This document shows, in pieces, positions 39,596 to 53,071 of a stretch of DNA of 64,000 nucleotides (positions within the stretch are counted from its first letter, which is position 1; each line of letters begins with the position of its first letter). The stretch lies in NCBI RefSeq assembly GCF_009914755.1, contig NC_060935.1, one strand, 5' to 3'. Origin of the DNA: the human T2T-CHM13v2.0 reference genome, Homo sapiens. Both the position numbers and the translations under genes were made by a program. Under the pieces are notes generated by a model. The model was not told the origin of the DNA. It saw only the letters and a program-made list of their open reading frames with translations, and did no database searches.

Positions 39596-41232
39596 GTAAT
39601 CTAGCTTGTTTTATGGGGGATAGGGACAAAGATTGGTAGAAAGATTGATTCAGAAAGAATAACAGCTCTTTCTTTAGAAATAATACTGTGGGTTGACTTG
39701 ATACATTGTGTTGTGACGGTGGATGGAGCTCTCCCAAAGTGGGTACCTTGCTTAAAAGCCTCCCACTCTCTGAAAATAGAGCTTCATTCGCCTTCCCTCC
39801 AACGATTTAATTTTAGCAAGGTCAAGTATTTTCTCTGCTATAGCTCAGTGTGCATTTTTAGTGCTAATTAGAGATAAAGCCTGATGAACTGACCTGCCTC
39901 ACTTATCATCTACTGGGTAGCATCACACACAGTTATTAGAATTATAACAATCTGCTGTGTCAACGGAATCTAAATTAGCAGCACATGCTCCTTGCGTAAA
40001 ACCACATTAAATAATTCCAGCAGCAGGTTTATTGGTGTGCTTGAGATTTTATTCTAATATTGGTTTATTAGGAACATTATCATTCATAGACCTGATAATA
40101 TAAGCCAATTAGCGTAAGTAAGATTACATTATGTGCAACTTTCTATTTGCAATAAATGTTGTGTTTACATTTGGCACTGTTTGGTGAAATCCAACTCTTA
40201 TTGATTGGAGAAGCCCTCCTATTTGTGTATAAGTGAAATTTGATGTTCAATGCCAATGTATGTGTCAGTGCAAACAAGGGGTTTATGACACGTAAAAGTG
40301 AATATTTCAGTTTGTTCTTCCATGTGTTTTGTTAGGGTAAAATCACTGCATTGTGTTTTTGTTCTGGCTCTGGAATGTCACACTTACTGCTTTTCATATC
40401 ATAGCACAGAAAAATGGAAATAGGATGTCGCATTTATTATCCTTACTATTACATGACGGGGGAGGTGTCTTCATCTGGTGCCAGAGATATAAGCAAAGTT
40501 CTTGTTTCCTTTCCTTCATGTTTAGAAGCTTCTGAATTTAGATAACATTTTTTTATGTGCCCATTTATTATTTCTCACCCTGACCAACCTGTTATATTGC
40601 ACTGCCTGTATATTTATGAGGCAGTCTAATCCTTTTAAAGACATGCCAAAAGGTAACTAAAATTGTTCAGTAAGGAAGTCAGTGAACAATATTTGCACCA
40701 CTGTTTCTATATTTTGTGACATTATCAACAAATAAAAATATAACAAATAATAACTGTTTTTTCTTAAAAAAAACATATGAAAGAATCATGTACTACCTTT
40801 GCGCAGCGCAAGAGAATTACCACATAGAGCTAAAGAATTCTTGCTAAAAGCAAAGAAACTTAAGGGTAGCTTAGGACACATGTCTTTACTGAACTACATT
40901 TAATTTTAAGTAGGTTTTTTAAAATGAAAAAAAAAACAAAAACTAAAAGATTCTTACTGTTTCCTGTAGAACTGCTGTATTTCCCTAAACTGAATACACA
41001 GAATTAATGGGGAAAGAAGGGTAATAATGATGCCAATAATCATGGATACTACTACTAATGATATGTCATTTATTTGCAATAATTGTTAGGATTTTTAAAT
41101 GAATATTTTAAGATTAAACAAAGGAGTTAGATATTATTACTCTTATATGTAATCAAACTAAAATTTAGCTAGTGTAAGTAACTTATGCAATTATTAGAAC
41201 TGAGAATAAAACACAGTTGTATCTCACAAAGC

Positions 41233-41400
41233 CTGTGTTATCAAACCTTGCATGGGTTTTTCAAGGATACTAGATGGATTTTTTATTAAAATACATATTC
41301 TTGGGCCACCTCTCCAAACTAGATGGAATATCAGGGGGTGGTTTCACGAATCTGCATTTTCACCAAGCACCTCAGGATATTTAACCATAGCAACTACTGT
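41233..41400. mobile_element. MER5-family DNA transposon relic
   Basis: ttattaaaatacatattcttgggccacc...gaatctgcattttcaccaagcacctcagg. Confidence 0.6.
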
Positions 41401-42829
41401 AACATTCTTATTTTTTTACATTAGAAATAACTGGAGGGAAACATTACCTTAGACCAGGGCCTGTGATCAGTAGCAGACCAGGAGGAATTGATTATGGTGT
41501 CTCATGCCTTCTTGATTTGTCCTTTGTCCTTTTCTCTGCTGAGTAAGTGGGTGATTGCATCAGTGCTTACAGTCTGGTTTGTAATGTGAAGTCAGAAAAA
41601 TATAAAGGAGAAAATCAAGACCAGGGAAAAAGTTAGACAGAGATAGGCAAGCATGGGTCCCTATGTAAATATTAAAGTTGACATGGAGAATTGCATATTC
41701 TTGAACTCTTGCACAGTCATCATAAAGGGAAAAAATACAATAAAACAAGATTTCTCTGCATTTAATGCTATACTTCATCTGTAGCAAAGTCATTCCACTT
41801 AATATTGGCCAATACTCAAATTCTATCAGATTTTTCATGGAATGAATAGAGTACATAGTTTTCAGTCAGTTGTGTGCAAGGGATCTAAATAAATTATAGG
41901 CTAAACACTGAAAATCTGTGCCATTATCTTGTCTGAGTTATTTTGTCATGTTGATCATTAGCAATAAACATTAAATAAGTCTATTTGCCTTCAAATAGTT
42001 GTGCTAGATGCCTTGAGACTCATAGTGCCAAAGGAAAAATGCAAATGAATTGTGAATGTCTTGTGGCATGATTACACTAAATCTTTCATTTGATTTGTTT
42101 TAATTTTAAGACTAAGTAAATGGTCCCATTTGAGCTATATAGAATCCACTTATGTTTAGTCTGAAGCATGTTCTCTTATCCCCCTAGTTACTGGTTTTAT
42201 TCATTGCTTGCAATATTCAGCCTTTCAAAATTCAAGTACACTTAGTAAAATCAGTTAAATAATTTGTTAAAGAAAATTCCTGTCTGATGTTAATAATCCC
42301 ACTTGTGTTTGGTATGTAACACACAGATGAACAACTCTGCATTTACTTTCCATTGATGACATTTCAGTAACCTTAAACTTTTCATAACCCCCCTTAAGCA
42401 AACACTTTGCCTCCTTTGGTTTCTAAACAACGTATAATTCTAGTTCTTCTCCTACCCTTCAACTTCCTTCTCTGTGTGCTTAGTTTGATTTGGTTTTACA
42501 ATTAGCATGGAGATGTGTAAAGAGAAAGATGAGTGAAGAATCAGTAAGAGGAGTAGTTTTGCCACTCTTAGGATGGAAAAGGGCTGCTGGTGAATGCTCT
42601 CTTCTCAACCTGGCTAAGAACTAAAAGGACAGAATGCCACACGGATGTAATGTAGCCACCTACAAAACAGCATGAAACAACACAAAGTCCTCCTAGAGAA
42701 TTTTCACATGTAAAATCAAAGAGCTACACTAAATCCAGAGATATGTTAACTGCCACAAAACAGCAGAAAATCACCCTCTAAGAAGTATGTAAGACTAAGT
42801 TTTCTATTTGGTACTTTTTTCTATTTTTT

Positions 42830-43303
42830 TTTAGTGGCTTTAAACAACAAATGTTTATTATCTCATAGTTTCTATGGTTTGAAATTTGAGAGCAGCTTAG
42901 CTGAGTGGTTCTAGCTCAGGGACTTTTATGAGATTGCAGTCAAGATGTTGACTGGGCCAGTGATTGTCTGAAGGTTGGGGAGTCTGTTTCCAAGATGGCT
43001 CACTCATGTGGCGATTGGCAGGAGGCCTCAGTTTTTCATTTTGTGGGCCTCTCCACAGGCTACGTGAGAGGCCTTATAACATGGCCACTGGAATCCTGCA
43101 CGTCAAGTGATGAGAAAGAGAGTGAAAGCAAGGAGGAAGCTGTAATGCTTTTTGTGACTCAATCAAATGCTGTTCACGTTGGCCATGTTCTGTTCGTTAG
43201 AGGAGACTCACTCTAGCCCACACTCAAGGAGAGAGGAATGAGGCACCACCTCTTAAAAAAACGATTGTCAAAGTATTTGTGGGCATATTTTAAAACCACC
43301 ACA
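42830..43303 (-). mobile_element. MLT1 (G/H-like) MaLR LTR
   Basis: ttagtggctttaaacaacaaatgtttattatctcatagtttc...ccaagatggctcactcatgtgg...taaaaccaccaca. Confidence 0.75.
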
Positions 43304-43524
43304 CTGTGAACCCTGTTACTTATTCTCAAACCTTGGCTCTGATTTTAAACTCCTTGCTTTGGAACCTTTTCCATACCTCTCAAACTTCCCTTGAAATTTT
43401 CTGGTTTTAGTCTTTGACTCCCTACATCTTGTACTCTTGATCATGGAACAGGATATATTGTTTACTTATCTGACGTTGAACAGCCACAAACTGGGATTCA
43501 GCTACCAGGCTGTGTGGAACTGAC

Positions 43525-43529
43525 TGTGT

Positions 43530-43571
<42 letters not shown>
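43525..43571. repeat. (TG)n microsatellite
   Basis: Read directly from the sequence. Confidence 0.95.
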
Positions 43572-43574
<3 letters not shown>

Positions 43575-43689
43575 GTCTTCTGTGTGTGCACATGCAGGTG
43601 TGGACTTGCACATCCAAACAGAGAAGAAGGAAGAAGGCAGGAGTTTATGGATGTGAATGTAGGTTGATCCTAATGTGTGTTCTTAATCC

Positions 43690-46530
43690 TTTTTTCAACT
43701 TTTATTTTAGATTCAGGAGTTACATGAACAGGTTTCTCACCTGTGTATACTGCATGATGCAATAAAATCCTAGATATAGGATGAGTAATCCTGTCACTTA
43801 GGTACTGAGAACAGTACTCAATAGTTAGTTTTTCAGCCTTTGCCCCCTCCTTTCCCACTCTAGTCGTTCCCAGTTTCTATCATCGCCATCTTTATGTCCA
43901 TATTTACCTAATGCTTCGCTCCCACTTATTAGTGAGAACATGAGGTACTTGGTTTTCTGTTCCTGTGTTAATTGACTTAAAATAATGGCTTCCAATTTCA
44001 TCCATGTGTCTGCAAAGGACATGATTTCATTCTTTTATTACTGTTTAGTATTCCATGGTGTATATGTACCATATTTTCTTTATCCACTCCACTATTGAGC
44101 ACTTAGATTGATTCTATATATTTGTGAATGTCTACTGTGAATAGTGCTGCAACGAACATGTGAGTGCATGTGTCTTTTTGGTAGAAAGATTTGTTTTATT
44201 TTGGGTATATATACAGTAATGGGATTGCTGGATCAAATAGTAGTTTTAAGTTCTTTGAGATATCTCCAAACTGCTTTACACAGTAGCTAAACTAATTTAC
44301 ATTCCCACCAACAATGTATAAGTGTTCCCTTTTCTCTGCAGCCTCACCAGCATCTGTTGTTTTTTGACTTTTTAATAATAGCCATTCTGACTGGTGTGAG
44401 ATGGTATTTCACTGTGATTTTGATTTTTATTTCTCCAATGATTAGTAATGTTGAGCATTATTTTATATATTTGTTGGCTGCTTGTATGTCTGTCATCTTT
44501 TGAGAAGTGTTTGTTCATGTCTCTTGTCAATGGAGTTATCTGTTTTTGCTTGTTGAATTGCTTATGTTCCTTATATATTCTGAATATTAGGCCTTTGTTG
44601 GAAGCATAGTTTGTGAAGATTTTCTCCCATTCTGTAGGTTGTCTGCTTACTCTGTTGATAGTTTATTTTGCTGTGAAGAAGCTCTTTAGTTGAATTAAGT
44701 CCTACTTGTCAATTTTTGTTTTTGTTGCAATTGCTTATGAAGAGTTAGGCATAAATTCTTTCCTAAGGCTGATGTCCATAGTGGTGTTTTCTAGATTTTT
44801 TATAGGATTCTACAGTTTGAGGTCTTATATTTAATTCTTTAATCCATCTTGAGTTAATTTTTTGTATATGGTGAAAGGTAGGAGTCCAGTTTTATTCTTG
44901 TGCATATGGCTAGCCAGCTATCTCAGCACCATTTATTGAATAGGGAGTCTTTTTCCCACTGCTTATTTTTGTCAACTTTATTGAAGATCAGATGGCTGTG
45001 GGTGTGCAGCTTTATTTCTGGGTTCTCTGTTCTGTTCCATTGGTCTCTCTGTCTTTTTTTACAAGTACCATGCTGTTTTGGTTATTGTAGCCATATAATA
45101 TAGTTTGTTGTCAGGTAGTGTGTGATGCCTCTAGCTTTGTTCCTTATGCTTAGCATTGCTTTGCTATGCAGTCTTTTTGTTTCGGTTCCAAATGAATTTT
45201 AGAATATTTTTTTCTGGTTCAGTGAAAACTTGTATCAGCAGTTTGATAGGAAAAACACTGAATTTTGTAGGTTGCTTTGGGCAGTATGGCCATTTTAATG
45301 ATATTGATTCTTCCAATCCATGAGCATGGAATGTTTTTCCATTTGTTTGTGTCATCTATGATTTATTATAGCAGTGCTTTGTAGTTCTCCTTGTAGAAGT
45401 ATTTCACCTCCTTGGTTAGATGTATTTCGAGGTATATTTTTGTGTGGCTATTGTAAATGGAATTGTGTTCTTGATTTGGCTGTCAGTTTGAACGTTATTG
45501 GTGTATAGAAATGATACTAATTTTTATACATTGATTTTCTATCCTGAAACTTTACTGAAGTCATTTATCAACTCCAGAAGCCTTTTGGTAGTCTTTAGGA
45601 CTTTCTAGATATAGGATTGTATTGTGCATGGAGAGAGACAGTTTGACTTCTTCTTTTCCTAATAGGTTGCCTTTTATTTCTTCCTCTTGCCATATTGCTC
45701 TGGTTAGCACCTCCAATACTATGTTGAATAGGAGTGGTGAGAGTGAATATCTTTGTCTTGTTCCAGTTCTCAAGGGGAATGCTTCCAGTTTTTGCCCATT
45801 CAGTATGATGTTGGCTGTGGATTTGTCATAGATGGCTCCTATTATTTTGAGGTGTGTTCCTACAATGGCTAGTCTGTTGAGAGTTTTCATCATGAAGAGA
45901 TATTGGATTTTATCAAAAGCATTTTCTGCATCTATGGAGATAATCATATGGTTTTCATTTTTAATTCTGTTTATGTATTGAATAACATTTATTGATTTGT
46001 ATTTGTTGAACCAACTTCACATCCCAGGAATGAAGCTTATCTCATCATGGTGAGTTAACTTTTTCATATCCTGTTGAATGCAGTTTGCTAGTATTTTATT
46101 GAGAATTTTTGCAGCTATGTTCATCAGGCACAATGGCCTTTAGTTTTCTTTTATCATTGTACCTTTGTCAGGTTTTGCTATTAGGGTGATGCTGTCTTTG
46201 TAGAATGAGTTAGGGAAGAGTCCCTTTTTTTGATTTTTTGGAATAGTTTTAGTAGAATTGGTCAGCTCTTTGTATGTCTAGTAGAATTTGACTGTGAATC
46301 CATCTGGTCCAGGGCATTTTTGCATGGTAGAATTTTATTATAAATTCAGTTTTGGAACTTGATATTGGTCTATTCAGCATTTCAATTTCTCTCTGATTCA
46401 GTATTGGGAGATAATGTGTTTCCAGGAATTCATCCATTTCCTCTAGATTTGCTAGTTTGTGTATGTAGTGGTGTTCATAATAGCCTGTGCGGATCTTTTG
46501 TATTTCTGTGGGATCTGGTTGTAATGTCAT
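43690..46530 (-). mobile_element. 5'-truncated LINE-1 (older L1PA, about PA15-16), ORF2 3' half plus 3' UTR
   Basis: 3' end caacttttattttagattcagg...; minus-strand ORF2 pieces [14 protein letters not shown]...[28 protein letters not shown] and DPTEIQKI. Ends abruptly against a MER20. Confidence 0.92.
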
Positions 46531-46534
46531 AGAT

Positions 46535-46858
46535 CAGGATTTCTTAACCTAGAAGACACTATTGACATTTTAGTTCAGATAATTCTTTATTGTGGAGGGC
46601 TGTCTTATGCATTGTAGGATGTTTAACATCATCCCTGGACTTTATCCATGAAATGTAATTAGCAGTACACCTCCAGCTGTGACCATCAAAAATGTTTTCA
46701 TACCTATCACCTTAAACCTTTGTCGTTTCTTTGTGGTGAGAGCATTCAAAATTAAATAAAGCTTTTAAAAAGTCTCTAGTAAAATTAAGGAAAAATTCTC
46801 CAGACGTTGCCAAATATCCCCTGGGAGACAAAATTTCATCCCATTAAGAACTCGTGGT
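46535..46858 (+). mobile_element. MER20 interrupted by a ~100-nt insertion (about 46698-46795)
   Basis: tttcttaacct...cactattgacatttt...gtgaccatcaaaaatgt [insert] tctccagacgttgccaaatatcccctggg...aagaactcgtgg. Confidence 0.8.
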
Positions 46859-47340
46859 CTAGATGTAGCATTTTAAAAAGTCTTTTTAAAAAATATGCAT
46901 ATATATGTATATATATATATATATATTATAGATAATCATGTCTCAGTGTTATTTGATAATAATATGAAAATTATAAGCTTTTTTTGACAAGAAAAACACT
47001 TAATAATCTCTTGAACATTTTTAGAAGTACTTAGGGTTTACTGTGATTAGAAAATGCTTAACCATTCAAGAGCCAGAGACTGGATGATATCCATCATGTG
47101 CTATGAGAGGCACACCTTCTTACAGTCTTAGGAACCAGGTTGGTATGGAAACTCAGCCTACTCTATGTTCACCCTCTCTCAATGGTGGAATAAACATGAT
47201 TCTCCAACTCCACCCAAGGAACATGTGACTCCAAACCTTGTGTTCTCCTAAAGGAAGATAGTATACTTATCCTCTTTCTTAGAAGAAAAATTTAAATGTA
47301 TGTAATAATGAAAGAATTTCTCTTATGGTGTAAGACTTAG

Positions 47341-47632
<292 letters not shown>

Positions 47633-49939
47633 AACACTTGTACATTTTAAGGAGAATTTGCACTGAAATGCTTTCTGTATTACAAAGCCACTCAATTAAT
47701 CAGTTTTTTTGGTAGGAAATTGGACTGGGCTGTAAATCAAGTTATTTATTTATAGTGGTACAGACAAGCCTGCCAATTATACTACATTTCCACATTGTAT
47801 ATTATATGAATTATAGAGTGTATAAATACAATTGTGTAGATATCAGGTATCTATAACCAGTGATTTGTGAATCAGACTGAGAACTGGACACAACTACCCA
47901 AGTTGTAGGCTAGAACACAGTCTAGTATAAAATAATTGGAAAAAATATGCTGATGCTATAAAAATAGCAGACCTTGACTTTCTCCTCCACATTTGTTCAG
48001 AAATAGGTTCATTTACTGTAACTATTATTAAATAAACTCTCATAAGCTTTGAACCTCTCACAGTATCCAAGTGTTTTTGAAATATAGTAAGTATCTGATC
48101 AAGAATATTTAGGGATATCGGTAAAAAGCAAACAACTTTGAACAGCTTTGTTCATTCACAATATAATTTTGAGTGATTTTCTCCTGTTTTGCTTATATGA
48201 TTTTCCAATTTTCAAAATAATACATTTAAATTATGTTTGTAATAACAAATGATTTTTAAAAGCTTAAAATAAAGAGAACATAACAGTCAAAATTTTTCTT
48301 AGTTACTTGTGATTTTTTGAACCTTTTCTAAAGGAAAAATTTTGCAGAAAAATTTATTCTACTCTCTTTTCTGTGCCCCGCGGACTTGCAGATATGTAGA
48401 CAGAGAGTAATAGTTTGCCTGAAGTATATTGTCAATTTACCAGGTAAAAAGAATGATCAGAAACAAAGACTTCTGTGCTCTTTCATATTTTATATCTTGC
48501 CTGTATTTTGAGAGATCCCTATCAGCATCCATCTATTGGTAACTGCTTTACCCATCCCTGTTACTGGGGGAGATTTTAAGAATTTTTAAGAAGGTGAATA
48601 CTTATTCCCCTCCCATAACAGAGAATACAATATTTATTCTATTTCCTCTCCAGTTATCACAGGACTGTGGCAAGGGCATCTGGGGGGAGAATGAATGCAA
48701 AAGTACATCTTTACATCCATAGCAGACAGGAGAATTATTTAACTTTTCTCAATTTGAGCTTTCTCAGGTTGTCTGGCACATGATTACTTGCTCAGTAAAT
48801 GGCAACTTCTATCATCAACGTTGCTTCTTTTCTTGTGCCTGATGCTCAGAAAGGAGTAAGCAGGGCTTCTATGGCATCATTGAAAAAGAGAAATATGAGG
48901 ATTTGAGGTTTCTCTGCATTGCCCATTTAGTTAAACCCACTAGTAAAAGGAGGGTTGCAAATGCTCTTTTAAAATTCTATTAAAGTCAGGTAAATGTGAA
49001 TATGGTTTGAAGAATTTCCTGTCCTGGATGTTTCCAGAAATTAAGAATGGCAGAAGAGAGGCATCAAACTAGAAGATGAGAGGAGCTTAAACCTGCTAAG
49101 ACTGAGAGAATGTGATCATGTTTGGAGCAGCTGAGAAGTCTTGCCCTGTTCAGTAACCCCTTTCATCTCTTCAGTTCTACCCACTCAATGTTTTTCTTCT
49201 TTCTTGAATGACATCTCTGCTAAAGATCCAGCATACTTCCCTTGGATGAAAAATGGGGTTGACACACAGTTCTTAGAGTCACTTGAAGCTATTTCACAAC
49301 CCTGTCCTTGATCCTGCAAGGATTTTCATCTTTCCAGGTTGCAGACATATGGAAAAATATCTCCAGCTGTTTTTACTCTCATTGTCCAGACAAACAGCAC
49401 ATTTTCAAGTCATTTCAATTAACTGGAAACATCAATGCCTTTTTTTCACAAACAAGAATTTGGACGAGAAAATAAAGATGCAGTCTAGTATACTGAAAAG
49501 AGTACTGTATTGATGATCAGAGGCCTGAGTTTTGATACTAAATCTGCCTCTGTGAAGTGAAATTTACATTAATCTACTATACATCTATTGTAAGCCCCAA
49601 ATTTTGCATTTATTATTTCCTGTGAGGGAGTTACTTTTATCCTTTTGGACATATATGAGGACATGTATAAGTGTCATTCAGCCAGTCAGTAGTCAAGTTG
49701 AGATTCTAACCCGTGTATTGCTGAATCCAAATTTCATACACTTTGCTTTATAATCTGCTACCTCGTGATCATTTTGTCTGTGCCCAAGGGCAATTAAACT
49801 TAACAGATTATACAGGAGGTAAAGTAAATTATGTTTTCCTGTGAGTAATGAGCCATAATCTCTTATTTGATCATTTGCATTGTTTTACATATTCCTTTCA
49901 ACATTTTTGTGCCTAAGACAGGAAAAGAGTAAACAAAAA

Positions 49940-50180
49940 AGGGGTGAAGAGCACAATCTCTGAAGTCACACTACCTTAGTTTTAGTTAAGCTGCCACTAT
50001 TTACCCAGCTCTGTAACACTGGATCAGATTTACTTAACGTTTCTAAGTGTCGGTTTGCCACTAAAAAAAGAAAAGAGATGTTGATATTACTTACTTCATA
50101 ATTTTATTGTGAGATTAAATGAGATATTGTACTTAAAATACCTGGTAGAAAGCCTGGAACACAGTGTCTAGAAATTGTAG
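49940..50180 (+). mobile_element. MIR SINE
   Basis: gaagagcacaatctctgaagtca...ttgtgagattaaatgagata...gcctggaacacag. Confidence 0.65.
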
Positions 50181-50538
50181 CTAGTGATAACTTTAATTAA
50201 CCAGGGGATAAAATTGAGACTCAGAAATAATAGGCTGCTTGCCCAAGGATACTCAGCAGGTAAACAGTAAAGCCATGTCTTATATTTATCTTTTGCTACT
50301 GAAGTCTCTCTCATTCTTCTATCAGTTCTTACAACCTCTCACTGTACAATTCAAGTGTAAAGTGATTTTATTTGTATCATCTTTCCAGCTCTATTCTCTC
50401 TGTTCCCACAAACATTTTATGTAACATCTTATCAAGCTAACAAAAGTTAATTTATGCAACAGAGTTCTGCTCTGGGGAAAGACTGAGCTGATTCAGCACC
50501 TGGAATAGTGGCATGTTTAACTTGGGTATGGTCCCTGG

Positions 50539-50577
<39 letters not shown>

Positions 50578-52444
50578 ATTGTTTACTTCTCATCTCTTGG
50601 AGTTAAAATTGAAGATTTAACAGCAAGTTCTCACTGTATTATTGATAGCATGGGTGACTCTGTACATAGGAAGAGTTGAGATCTCATTCAAAAGGCTACC
50701 CACTTATCCTTCTACAAATATTTTCTTAGTTCTTCGTTGATTCCTCAAATTGAAGAAAGGCAAACATTCTAATTCTCAATTTGGCATCAGGAAACCTGGA
50801 TTCTATTCTCCGATTCCACTACTCATCAGCAATGTGAATAGGGACAACCTCAGCTTTTCCATGTAAAATGGGAGTAATCATCCAAATATGTGGAAGGTGA
50901 CTAATGGTTAATGCAGGCACAACTGATTTTTACAAGTGTTGCAAACATAGTTTAGTACCCAACTTTGGGACGTAGAAATCCTTAACAACTATTACATTAT
51001 TGTCTATCAAAACTCTGGCATGGGAAAAATCAGATTTTTATATCTTGTTACATTACATTTGAATTCAGTAAACATTTGATAAATGAATAAATGAATAAGT
51101 ATAGACAAGGACCCTCAATTTCACATGGTCCATTCTTTTGATTTTATAGATCTCAAGTTGTAATCACTTCAATTCAAACCTTATTGAAAAGACACCTAAG
51201 TTAAAGTATATTATATCAAGAATGGGGGAAGAAATGTCATTAACAAGAATAGAATAGAAATTTTGGTCTATTTCAAATAGCTTTGTCAGTCCACCTTTCC
51301 ATAGGGCCCTTTGTAACTTTACCATTAATGAAGGGAGCTAGTCTTTTAAATAGATTGGCATTCTCTGTCAAATAAATAAAAGCTGTTAGAGATTACCTTG
51401 CCTATTTAGTAATGCAGAAAATAATTCTTGACTAAATGACAAGCAGATCCTGCTTCTCACCAAGCAAGCACACACTACTGAACTGTGAAAGTCAAGAGTT
51501 TGGTTCATATCCTCATTTTTAATCCTATATCCTGGGAAATACAAACACCACTGTAACTTTAAACACAAAGGATAAATAGGAAGAAAATCTAGCTTTCTGT
51601 GAAACCGTGAGCAACTGGAGCCCAGAAGTTACAAACTTTCCCTAGTAACTAGCCATAAGTCTTTGTATCCAAGAATATGCACTGCACTGTAAATCATGTG
51701 GAAAAAGGCTAATTGAAGCCAATAGCCTAACTCAGAAGGAATGTAACTCTTATGATTTGCATCATTTGCTCCTAGTAGGACTGACTGAATGATCAGAAAA
51801 AGTAGTTCCTGAAAATATTCACTTAGATACAAAGTATGATGAATTGATTAATCAAACAGCAAGGTCTATGCATTTATTATGGTAGTGTCTGAAACGATAA
51901 GCAGTATTCGGTTTTTTTGGGCTAACGTGGTTTTAAAGCATTTTCCAGTTTAAGAGAGACCTTGAAGTAATCTATGGGTGGCAGCAATTTCAGCTAAATA
52001 GGTTGAGTCCATGAGGGGAGATCCTGGAAGATTATTTTATTAAAGAATATCTTACTAAGAAAAACACTTCAGGACCTCCTCAGTGCTTAAAAGATAAAGT
52101 CCAACTTACATAATATCTAAAGACTTCCATAATTGGGCCTCTTCCTACCTCTCCAGCTTTATCTCCTACTTCTCCTTAAAGAAATCTTAAACTGCAGCCC
52201 ATTCTAAACTACTTCAAGTCACTGAAATGCACCTTAATTTTTCAAACCTCTGAGCTTTTGTTTGGAATACTCTTTCTGACTATTACACACCTACAGATTT
52301 ATATATGTATATATATATATAAATATATCTGTATATATATTTATACATAAGTATGATATTAATAAAAAGAATAGAAAAATTAGTTATTGAGTGTTTCCAG
52401 TAATCCAGAATAGTCCTGATTTTCCCCCCTCAAAATGCTTTTTT

Positions 52445-52549
52445 TACAATACCCAATATTACTAACTAATCAGTACCAACCAGGCCCGACCCTTTGGCTT
52501 CTCAAGATCAGACAAGATCGGGCATGTTAAGGGTGGTATGGCCATAGAC
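52445..52549 (-). pseudogene. 5S rRNA retropseudogene inserted in an L2
   Basis: Minus strand reads GTCTATGGCCATACCACCCTTAACATGCCCGATCTTGTCTGATCTTGAGAAGCCAAAGGGTCGGGCCTGGTTGGTACT...AATATTGGGTATTGTA, matching 5S rRNA (GTCTACGGCCATACCACCCTGAACGCGCCCGATCTCGTCTGATCTCGGAAGCTAAGCAGGGTCGGGCCTGGTTAGTACT...AATACCGGGTGCTGTA) with CpG decay. Short A tail and degenerate TSD (tcaaaatgctt / tcatattgctt). Confidence 0.93.
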
Positions 52550-53071
52550 TCATATTGCTTCTTCTAAGTCTTCTTTCATTATATTTGATGGCAAACTATA
52601 ATCTTTCACATTCTCTGGGCTGAGGTCTTGAAATCATCTGTGATTTCTTTATTTTGCACTGCACATTCAAATTCTTTGGCTTAACTTTTAAAATATATCT
52701 TAAATCCCAACTTCATATGATCTCCACTGCTATCACCCTTTTACATGACAACATCATCATCTCTAATCTAGATGATGGCATAAAACCTCTAACTCATCCT
52801 CCTTCCACTGTTATGCACCTGTAGTCTCTTTTTAACATAGTAGCCAAGGGGACATTATTGAAACCTAAGTTATATCTTGTCATTCCTCTGCTTCACATTC
52901 TTTATAGCTCCCCATTTTCACTGCGTAAAAGTCAAAATTATTACAATGGCCTATAAGGCCCTAGTTACTCTGGGCCCACCTGCCTATTAAATTTGTTTGT
53001 CCTCACCATTCACTGTGCTCTCCCTCACTTTTTATCCCCTTTTTCTGGCCATAATTGTCTTCTTGATTTTC

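Noticed and set aside
39465-39737. 90-aa minus-strand ORF overlapping the exon
   Set aside because: Shadow of the real + strand NELL1 exon; non-ATG start and no recognisable protein.
39882-39895. TGATGA...CTGA suggesting a C/D snoRNA, or a nuclear-receptor direct repeat
   Set aside because: The boxes are only a few nt apart with no terminal stem, and the half-sites overlap rather than forming a standard spacing.
45561-45947. 128-aa RT-like ORF, and similar fragments at 27576-27961
   Set aside because: Broken L1 ORF2 pieces with stops and frameshifts; the elements cannot be autonomous.
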